A stretch of DNA of 64,000 nt from Marinicella sp. (lineage in GTDB: Bacteria > Pseudomonadota > Gammaproteobacteria > Xanthomonadales > Marinicellaceae). The position numbers and the translations under genes are program-made. The DNA is taken from NCBI GenBank assembly GCA_965230295.1, contig OZ246001.1:2336001-2400000 (forward strand), given 5' to 3'. The notes below the pieces were generated by a model. The model had not been told where the DNA came from. It made no database searches and saw only the letters and a list, made by a program, of their open reading frames with translations. Every line of letters starts with the position of its first letter. The stretch's first letter is position 1. This document shows positions 57,067 to 64,000 of this stretch, piece by piece.

Positions 57067-59436
57067 ATGAATGAGCACACCAAATTAAAATGGCAAGAAG
57101 TCAGGTGGCAATGTGATGCCTCTGAATTGGGTTTTAAATCCACCAAAGAGGTCAAGGCAACCGATGTGATTGTTGGGCAGGACGATGCCTTGGAGGCGCT
57201 GCAATTTGCCATTGAATGTCAAGCCTATGGACAGAATGTATACGTCAGAGGTTTGAGTGGAACTGGCAGGATGAGCATGGTTTCAAAAATCTTGCGGGAT
57301 GTGAAGCCACAGATCAAACAAAAAACCGAACATTGTTATGTGGCCAATTTTACTCAGCCTGATCGACCCAAATTGATCAGCTTGCCGGCCGGTGATGGCG
57401 TGAAATTCAGAGACATGATGGAGGCCATGAGCCTTTATTTTGCAGAAGAGCTTCAAAAGTCTATGGAATCTGAAGCCTTGTTGGCAGAAAAGAACACTGC
57501 AGAAGAAAAGTTGCAAGCAAAAATCAATGGCCTCACAGGGCCGTTTGAGAAAGAGCTGGCAAAAAATAATTTAGCCATGATCAATGTCAATACCCAACAA
57601 GGGCAGCAAACGATCGTTGCACCCACCATCAATGGAGAAGTTTTAGATCCCAATGTATGGCAACAGAAAGTGGCAGCCGGTGAAATCAGCGAAGAACAAC
57701 AAGCTGTACTGATGGAAGCCCAGCAAGCCTATAGCAAAAAACTAGAAGATTTGGGTCGCAAAATCAATGAAGTTCGTGAACAAGGCATGGCCCAGATTAA
57801 AAACATGTTTGAATCACACATCAGTGGTTTGATTGATGCTGAAATCGAGAAATTCAAAGCGGCTTTTGATAGCCAGCAAATGCTGGCCTTTTTGCAATCT
57901 GTGAAGGAAGACCTGATTGACCAGTTTTTCTATCACAAGAAAAGTACCATCAACCCAGTTGAACGGTATGCAGTCAATTTGTTGTTGGCTCAAGATGGCA
58001 ACAGTGACTGCCCTGTTTTGGTTGAAAGGGTACCTTCTTTGCAAAACTTATTGGGGTCAATCGAAAGTAAGTGGAGTGAGAATGGTCCAGTTTTGGCCGA
58101 TCATATGAGTATAGTTGGTGGTTCTTTATTGCGTGCAGATGGCGGGTTTTTGGTGTTGGATGCACGAGACCTGCTGGCTGAGCCAGGTGCATGGAAAACC
58201 CTCATACGCACCATCAAAAATGAGTTACTAGAAATAGTTCCCGCAGAAATGAATTGGCCTTTTGGGCAACCTTCTTTGAAACCTGAGCCCATTCCCGTAA
58301 GCATGCGTGTCATCTTGATAGGTGACTCGAACATCTATTACTACCTTGACAACCAAGATCCTGACTTTCCTGAATTATTCAAAGTGCTGTCTGATTTTGA
58401 TTCGGTGATCCAACGCAATAAGCAAGGTTATGAGAACTATGCTGCAATCATAGCGAAAATCATCCAGGAAGATGGGTTGTTGCCATTCAATGCCACGGCC
58501 GTGGCTCGGTTGATTGAACATGGTGCTCGGGTTTGTTCACAACAAGATAAGCTGACCGCAAAATTTTCCCGTGTGGCTGATTTGGCTCGCGAGGGTAACT
58601 TCTTGGCTGTTAAAGACAACAAAAAAGTGGTCACCGGTGAGCACATCAAACAAGCGGTTGCCAGGACCAAGAAAAGAGCGGGCCTGTCATCAAGAAAATT
58701 TCAAGAACGCCTACAGGATGGCACCATCAACTTGGATACTGAAGGGTATACGGTTGGTCAGATCAATGGTCTGGCGGTGATCCATGCCGGCCCCATTGTT
58801 TATGGTTTCCCTTCTCGCATCACCACAACAATCGGACCAGGCAGGGCTGGGGTGATCGATATTGAAGGCATGGCAGGTAAATCGGGTTCTATCCACACCA
58901 AAGGTTTTCACATTTTAGGTGGTTTGTTGCGCTACATGTTACCCGTTGAACATCCGTTGACATTTTCAGCTTCAATTGCTTTTGAACAAAGTTATGGTGG
59001 TATTGATGGAGATTCGGCGTCTGGAGCAGAGTTTTGTTGTCTGATATCTGCATTGACACAAGTGCCGATCAATCAAGGGTTTTCCATGACGGGTGCGATT
59101 GATCAACATGGGCGTGTACAAGCCATTGGTGGGGTGAATGAAAAAATTGAAGGGTTCTTTGATACCTGCCAATACCGGGGGCTGACAGGTCAACAAGGTG
59201 TGATCATTCCACATGCCAATGCTGGCGAATTGATGTTGCGGGCAGATGTGCAACAAGCTTGTAAATCGGGTCAATTCGCGATCCATGCAGTTTCTCACAT
59301 CACAGAGGCTATGGAAGTGTTGATGGGGCAGACTGCTGGGGTACTGATTGATGGTGAATATGCTGAAAATACGCTGATGGATTTGGCCATGAAAATGGCC
59401 AGAAAGTACTGGCAAAATACGCAGGCAAAGGGTTAG
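57067..59436 (+). CDS. Lon-family (LonC/YcbZ-like) protease
   Basis: AAA-like N-part with coiled coils; catalytic dyad DGDSAS and IGGVNEKIEG. Confidence 0.88.
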   Translation: MNEHTKLKWQEVRWQCDASELGFKSTKEVKATDVIVGQDDALEALQFAIECQAYGQNVYVRGLSGTGRMSMVSKILRDVKPQIKQKTEHCYVANFTQPDRPKLISLPAGDGVKFRDMMEAMSLYFAEELQKSMESEALLAEKNTAEEKLQAKINGLTGPFEKELAKNNLAMINVNTQQGQQTIVAPTINGEVLDPNVWQQKVAAGEISEEQQAVLMEAQQAYSKKLEDLGRKINEVREQGMAQIKNMFESHISGLIDAEIEKFKAAFDSQQMLAFLQSVKEDLIDQFFYHKKSTINPVERYAVNLLLAQDGNSDCPVLVERVPSLQNLLGSIESKWSENGPVLADHMSIVGGSLLRADGGFLVLDARDLLAEPGAWKTLIRTIKNELLEIVPAEMNWPFGQPSLKPEPIPVSMRVILIGDSNIYYYLDNQDPDFPELFKVLSDFDSVIQRNKQGYENYAAIIAKIIQEDGLLPFNATAVARLIEHGARVCSQQDKLTAKFSRVADLAREGNFLAVKDNKKVVTGEHIKQAVARTKKRAGLSSRKFQERLQDGTINLDTEGYTVGQINGLAVIHAGPIVYGFPSRITTTIGPGRAGVIDIEGMAGKSGSIHTKGFHILGGLLRYMLPVEHPLTFSASIAFEQSYGGIDGDSASGAEFCCLISALTQVPINQGFSMTGAIDQHGRVQAIGGVNEKIEGFFDTCQYRGLTGQQGVIIPHANAGELMLRADVQQACKSGQFAIHAVSHITEAMEVLMGQTAGVLIDGEYAENTLMDLAMKMARKYWQNTQAKG

Positions 59437-59458
59437 AATTGTGACCCGGTTCACAAAG
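59437..59458. promoter_or_regulatory. CRP/Clp/Vfr-type binding site
   Basis: TGTGA-CCCGGT-TCACA (59440-59455), a perfect TGTGA-N6-TCACA core. Confidence 0.7.
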
Positions 59459-59502
59459 GTTAAATACTTTTTTAAGAAATCGCCTTATCTTTATGATTTT
59501 AC

Positions 59503-59531
59503 TTGAAGTTTTATTTTTCTTTTGTTATGAT
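59503..59531 (+). promoter_or_regulatory. Candidate sigma70 promoter
   Basis: TTGAAG-N17-TATGAT with TGn extended -10. Confidence 0.55.
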
Positions 59532-59606
59532 TAATATTGTACGAAACTATTTCTTTTTCAGCTGGTCTGATAAGCGTTGAAGTTTAATTTTCGGGGATGA
59601 AGCAAA

Positions 59607-60386
59607 GTGTCAACTAAATTGAAGGGTAAAATAACTGGTTTAGCACTGATGGTGCTGGCTGGAACTACCTGGGCTGAAGAGTTGAAACCATTCAAACCCT
59701 TTGACATTGCCGGGGTGACGACTCCCACATCCATCAACTTCCCAACTTCGATCAACACCTCCAATAACAATGCCTCGCCACTGTTTCGTGGCACCTTGAT
59801 GGATAACTATGCCAGCTTCGATTTTTTAAGTCCACAAGACAAGGGTTATCACCTTTCAACCAACAGGGAAGGGCTGTTTGGTGATGAATTGGTGGTCGGC
59901 ATGAAATTTGCTGATTGGTTAACTTTGCGCTTGAATGTGATTGATGAGAGTGACTCAACCCATTTGTTTTCAACGGTAAACTACCGAGGGAATTATCAAT
60001 CTGATAGTGATTTAGTGGGTTATCAGTTTGGTGTCAGCTCGGTCATGAATATCAGCGACAATTGGCGCCTGGGGTTTGATTTGGGTCGTGGTAAAGTGGG
60101 TGGCGACCTGGTTGGTTTGTACCAAGATAATTTAGACACCACTCGGTTGGGATTCGGTATCAGAAATCAAAAGTTCGGAGCAACGTTCCAGTCTGATTTC
60201 ATGAACAGATCTTCCAACAATGAATTTGAACAAGCCACCATGGATTTGCAAGTGGACTGGCATTTCACCAAAGATGGAACCATTTCATTTGGAGCCCGCC
60301 GCAGCGTCAATGAAAACACTTCAACCACCTCACTGGATCAACTCAGAGGCACTGTTCCTTACATTAAATTCAAACACAATCTATAA
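59607..60386 (+). CDS. Hypothetical exported protein, probable outer-membrane beta-barrel
   Basis: Signal peptide (TWA/EE); alternating amphipathic strands (WRLGFDLG, TRLGFGIR, LQVDWHF, YIKFKHNL). Confidence 0.65.
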   Translation: MSTKLKGKITGLALMVLAGTTWAEELKPFKPFDIAGVTTPTSINFPTSINTSNNNASPLFRGTLMDNYASFDFLSPQDKGYHLSTNREGLFGDELVVGMKFADWLTLRLNVIDESDSTHLFSTVNYRGNYQSDSDLVGYQFGVSSVMNISDNWRLGFDLGRGKVGGDLVGLYQDNLDTTRLGFGIRNQKFGATFQSDFMNRSSNNEFEQATMDLQVDWHFTKDGTISFGARRSVNENTSTTSLDQLRGTVPYIKFKHNL

Positions 60387-60432
60387 TTCTGTTATATTGA
60401 TTGTCTTTATTCAGCAATAGATTTTCGTTATT

Positions 60433-61011
60433 ATGTATCCACTGCATAAGTTCTTATTATTGATCGGCAGTGTACTGTTGATGACAGCCTGTCAAAATAA
60501 ATCAAACATCAAACCAAGCCATGCCCAAAATCGTGTGAATTTAGCCGATAAGCATGCTTACGAATTCAGTGGGAAAATGTCATTTTCAGATGGTCGAGAT
60601 GGCGGTTCCGGCAGAATTGTTTGGCATTATGAAAAGGAAAAAATCGATGCCACTCTGAAAGCTCCATTAGGTAGTAAGAGCTGGCAGGTGGTTGAATCAG
60701 AAAGTGGAACTACCTTAATCACCAGCAAAGGTGAGGTGTACAGGGCCGAAACCACTGAAGCACTCATCAGCGAACAATTGGGTTGGCCTGTACCTTGGAC
60801 TCAATTGAGTGCCTGGGTGTTGGGGCAACAATTTAACAGCAGACAATCCCAATTGAAATGGGCAGATGACAGTTTCACCATCAGTGAAAATGGTTGGCAG
60901 ATAGTCTACAGCAAACTGAAAGCTTATCCGGAAGGTGTGATGCCTCACAAAATGGTGGCCCGAAAAGGCGATTATGCCATTAAGTTATCTGTCAAGAAAT
61001 GGCAATGGTGA
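60433..61011 (+). CDS. lolB: Outer-membrane lipoprotein receptor LolB
   Basis: Lipobox MTAC, FSGK, APLG, LGWPVP...L..WVLG, GWQIVY; lolB-ispE-prs synteny. Confidence 0.9.
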   Translation: MYPLHKFLLLIGSVLLMTACQNKSNIKPSHAQNRVNLADKHAYEFSGKMSFSDGRDGGSGRIVWHYEKEKIDATLKAPLGSKSWQVVESESGTTLITSKGEVYRAETTEALISEQLGWPVPWTQLSAWVLGQQFNSRQSQLKWADDSFTISENGWQIVYSKLKAYPEGVMPHKMVARKGDYAIKLSVKKWQW

Positions 61012-61823
61012 AACAACAAATCCTCAGCCCTGCAAAAATCAATTTAATGTTGAGGGTGTTGGGACAGCGATCTGATGGTTACCATGAATTACAGACTTGT
61101 TTTCAATTGTTGAATTGGGGTGATTTACTGACTTTTGAACAAAACCAAGCCAATGGCAGCAATCAAGTTGACATCATTGGTTTTGGTGATTTAGCTGTTA
61201 AGGATAATCTGATCTACCAGGCTGCACAAATGCTTAAGCCCTGGGCACAAGCCAATACAGATTGGACCATTACGGTAAACAAACAAATTCCTATGGGGGC
61301 CGGTTTGGGAGGTGGTAGTTCTAATGCGGCCACCACTTTAAAATTTTTGAATGAACACTGGCAATGCGACTTAAGTACATTCGATTTATTGGCTTTGGCT
61401 GTCAAATTGGGTGCAGATGTACCCGTCTTTATATTAGGGCAGGGTGCTTTGGCAACAGGTATTGGTGATGTGTTGAGCCCCAGAAGATTTGAAACACCTT
61501 ATATACTGTTGTTGTTGCCAGATTGTCATATCAAAACACCAGACTTATTTAAAGCCAAAGAACTGGTCAGAAACCAAAGTGTATTGAATGAGTCTTCATT
61601 GCATGACCAATCATTTTGGATCAATGATTTTTACCCAGTGGTCTTGCATCAATTTCCTGAGATTAAACAGATTTATGATCAATTGCGAAATCAAATAAAT
61701 TTGAAATTGTCGGGTACTGGATCAGCCATGTTTGCCTTGTATGACGATGAAGCCAGGGCCATGAAAGCTCAGCAACTGGCCAGTCAAGTTTGTCGCAGCC
61801 TGGTGGTTGAATCCATACAATGA
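61005..61823 (+). CDS. ispE: 4-diphosphocytidyl-2-C-methyl-D-erythritol kinase
   Basis: SPAKINL.L, DGYHELQT, IPMGAGLGGGSSNAA, GADVP, LSGTGS. Confidence 0.96.
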   Translation: MVKQQILSPAKINLMLRVLGQRSDGYHELQTCFQLLNWGDLLTFEQNQANGSNQVDIIGFGDLAVKDNLIYQAAQMLKPWAQANTDWTITVNKQIPMGAGLGGGSSNAATTLKFLNEHWQCDLSTFDLLALAVKLGADVPVFILGQGALATGIGDVLSPRRFETPYILLLLPDCHIKTPDLFKAKELVRNQSVLNESSLHDQSFWINDFYPVVLHQFPEIKQIYDQLRNQINLKLSGTGSAMFALYDDEARAMKAQQLASQVCRSLVVESIQ

Positions 61824-61912
61824 TATGCGGTTAAAATGCTTCCCTAGGTGGATGCCTAAAATGAGTTCAAATTCAATGCCAAAAAAAACCCAAAAAATTT
61901 AGATTTTTGGCT

Positions 61913-61948
61913 TTGCATTAAAATTTTATCTGGTTATAATATGCCGCC
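61913..61948 (+). promoter_or_regulatory. Stable-RNA-type sigma70 promoter with GC-rich discriminator
   Basis: TTGCAT-N16-TATAAT-ATGCCGCC with upstream A/T tracts; a second TATAAT lies at 61994. Confidence 0.65.
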
Positions 61949-62010
61949 TTTGAAGCAGATTATGCTGTTTTCAAAGAACAGAGCCAAACCCAATATAATG
62001 GCTCGCGAAT

Positions 62011-62086
62011 TGGGATGTCGCCAAGTGGCTAAGGCACCAGGTTTTGATCCTGGCATTCGCAGGTTCGAGTCCTGCCATCCCAGCCA
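62011..62086 (+). tRNA. tRNA-Gln (anticodon TTG)
   Basis: Cloverleaf: acceptor TGGGATG/CATCCCA, anticodon arm CCAGG-TTTTGAT-CCTGG, T-loop GGTTCGAGTCC, encoded CCA; conserved ispE-tRNAGln-prs position. Confidence 0.97.
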
Positions 62087-62140
62087 TATTACTGTGATGC
62101 CTGCGCTGAGCGCGGGCATACTTATATCTGAGGCTGATAA

Positions 62141-63094
62141 ATGTTCGATCGTGGTATCAGGTTGTTTTCAGGCAACGCCAACCCCGCATTGGGCCAAAAA
62201 ATTGCAGACAACTTAGGCGTTCCTTTAGGGCGTGCTAAGGTTGGCCGTTTCAGTGACGGTGAGGTTTCTGTAGAAATCAGAGACAATGTGCGTGGCCAAG
62301 ATATTTTTTTGATCCAGCCCACTTGTCGCCCTACCGCAGATAATTTCATGGAATTGGTGGTTATGGTAGATGCGCTGAAAAGAGCTTCTGCCAGGACAGT
62401 CACCGCTGTGGTTCCTTATTTTGGCTATGCCAGGCAAGACCGCAGACCCAGATCTTCTCGGGTGCCAATCACAGCCAAAGTGGCTGCTAAAATGATTGCA
62501 GCTGTAGGGGTTGATCGGGTGTTGACTGTAGATTTACATGCCGATCAAATTCAAGGCTTTTTTGATATACCAGTGGATAATGTGTATGCCTCGCCTTTGA
62601 CTTTAGCTGATATGTGGCAGCGTTTTGACAGCAAGGACGTGACCATTGTTTCGCCAGATATAGGTGGTGTAGTCAGAGCCAGGGCGATTGCCAAAAGGTT
62701 GGGTTGTGAATTGGCAATCATTGATAAAAGGCGCCCTAAGCCGAATATGGCTAAGGTCATGAACATCATCGGTGATGTCAGCGATCAAATTTGTATTTTG
62801 GTGGATGACATGATTGATACAGCGGGTACTTTGTGTGCTGCATCTACTGCCTTGAAAGAGTGGAATGCCAAAGAAGTACATGCTTATTGTGTGCACCCTG
62901 TTTTATCAGGAGATGCCATTAAGAACATAGAAAATTCAGGGTTAACAGAGTTGGTTGTCACTGACACCATTCCATTACGCCAAGAAGCCCTGGATTGTAA
63001 AAAGATCCGTCAGTTGTCTGTCGCAGAAATGCTGGGAGAGACCATCCGACGAATTGCTAACAGAGAGTCTGTTAGCTCAATGTACATCGACTGA
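62141..63094 (+). CDS. prs: Ribose-phosphate pyrophosphokinase
   Basis: [45 protein letters not shown]. Confidence 0.98.
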   Translation: MFDRGIRLFSGNANPALGQKIADNLGVPLGRAKVGRFSDGEVSVEIRDNVRGQDIFLIQPTCRPTADNFMELVVMVDALKRASARTVTAVVPYFGYARQDRRPRSSRVPITAKVAAKMIAAVGVDRVLTVDLHADQIQGFFDIPVDNVYASPLTLADMWQRFDSKDVTIVSPDIGGVVRARAIAKRLGCELAIIDKRRPKPNMAKVMNIIGDVSDQICILVDDMIDTAGTLCAASTALKEWNAKEVHAYCVHPVLSGDAIKNIENSGLTELVVTDTIPLRQEALDCKKIRQLSVAEMLGETIRRIANRESVSSMYID

Positions 63095-63119
63095 TTGTTA
63101 ACAATCAGATCGGTGATTT

Positions 63120-63140
63120 ATGTCCTGGTCGCAAGGACAT
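63120..63140 (+). ncRNA. rplY (L25) leader hairpin
   Basis: ATGTCCT-GGTCGCA-AGGACAT just upstream of rplY; the GGUCGC loop matches my recollection of the gammaproteobacterial L25 leader. Confidence 0.6.
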
Positions 63141-63163
63141 GTTTACTTAAATAGGAAAATATT

Positions 63164-63838
63164 ATGGCAATTTTTAAAGTAGAAGCCGAATTGCGTGAAG
63201 ATGTAGGGAAAGGTGCGAGCCGCCGCTTACGACACGCAGGCCAAGTACCAGTGGTGCTATATGGCGGTGCCAGACCACCAGCCAACCTCGCCCTGGATCA
63301 CAACAAAGTATTGCGCTTGATCGAAGACGAAGCGTTTTTTTCAAGCATCATCGAATTCAGTGCTGATGGTGGTAAGAAACAAAAAGTAGTGATCAAAGAT
63401 GTGCAAAGACATCCTGCAAAACCAGTGGTCATGCACATGGATTTCATGCGTGTCAATGAAAAACGTGAAATCACCATGTTGATGCCATTGCACTTTTTGG
63501 GCGGTGACACTTCTCCTGCTGGTAAATCATCTCGTGTGATGATCGATTACCAAATGAATGAAGTTGAAATCACTTGTTTACCAAAAGACTTACCAGAGTT
63601 CATTGAAGTGGATGTGTCTACATTTGATGCAGGCGACAATTTACACCTCAGTGATATCAAGATGCCTGAAGGCGTTACCTTGACTGCCTTTACCCATGGT
63701 GATGATGAAGCACACGACTCTGTCGTGGTCTCTACTGCCATCATAGGTCAAGCTGAAACTGAAACAGACGACGAAGCTGCACCTGCTGCAGATGAAGTTG
63801 AAGCCACTGAGCAGTCTGGCGACGACTCGGCTGAGTAA
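63164..63838 (+). CDS. rplY: 50S ribosomal protein L25 / Ctc
   Basis: GKGASRRLR, VP.VLYG, DVQRHP, HMDF.RV; Ctc-type C-domain and acidic tail. Confidence 0.97.
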   Translation: MAIFKVEAELREDVGKGASRRLRHAGQVPVVLYGGARPPANLALDHNKVLRLIEDEAFFSSIIEFSADGGKKQKVVIKDVQRHPAKPVVMHMDFMRVNEKREITMLMPLHFLGGDTSPAGKSSRVMIDYQMNEVEITCLPKDLPEFIEVDVSTFDAGDNLHLSDIKMPEGVTLTAFTHGDDEAHDSVVVSTAIIGQAETETDDEAAPAADEVEATEQSGDDSAE

Positions 63839-63848
63839 GATCGACTCG

Positions 63849-63880
63849 ATCAAGGGAAGTACACCGCTACTTCCCTTGAT
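63849..63880 (+). terminator. 13-bp hairpin after rplY (attenuating terminator or stabiliser)
   Basis: ATCAAGGGAAGTA-CACCGC-TACTTCCCTTGAT; weak U-tract. Confidence 0.6.
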
Positions 63881-63901
63881 TACTCTTAAACCATTCATCA
63901 C

Positions 63902-64000
63902 ATGCAAGTCATCATTGGCTTAGGTAATCCTGGCGATAAATACCAAGCCACCCGTCACAACGCCGGCTTTTGGTATATAGATGCCTTGGCCAAAGCGTTC
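63902..64000 (+). CDS. pth: Peptidyl-tRNA hydrolase (5' part, truncated by window end)
   Basis: [24 protein letters not shown]; rplY-pth synteny. Confidence 0.95.
   Translation, partial: MQVIIGLGNPGDKYQATRHNAGFWYIDALAKAF

Noticed and set aside
62011-62086. tRNA-Gln as an integration site
   Set aside because: ispE-tRNA-prs synteny is intact; no integrase or duplicated 3' end was seen.

Overview
Bacterial chromosomal segment, most likely a marine gammaproteobacterium of the Xanthomonadales/Marinicella type (inferred from gene content such as the lysC-lysA fusion and stand-alone pilU; not confirmed). Housekeeping blocks (yicC-gmk; nth, aroE-hemB, map-glnD; lysAC, a Lon-family protease, lolB-ispE-tRNA-Gln-prs-rplY-pth) flank a ~30 kb cell-surface modification region at 14.5-44.7 kb. 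That region has three parts. (i) Two type IV pilin paralogs bracket a TMTC/TfpW-like GT-C transferase and a DPM1-like GT2, and face a convergent wecE / flippase-like / wecF-like / VioB-like operon; together these look like a pilin glycosylation system. (ii) A four-gene cassette encodes a 71-aa 'YIDPG' membrane microprotein, a SAM methyltransferase, a TagB/TagF-family transferase and a divergent second YidC. (iii) A wzm/wzt-type export locus carries an FkbM methyltransferase, an OafA-like acetyltransferase, a GT4 and three sulfotransferases; a fourth sulfotransferase lies divergent from pilA. The window also holds several families of REP-like palindromes, a very AT-rich orphan gene after glnD and a perfect CRP-type site. 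No CRISPR array, rRNA, prophage or transposase was seen. The best candidates for an undescribed system are the YIDPG-microprotein/YidC-paralog cassette and the pilin glycosylation cassette. All protein calls come from motif recognition only; no database search was run.
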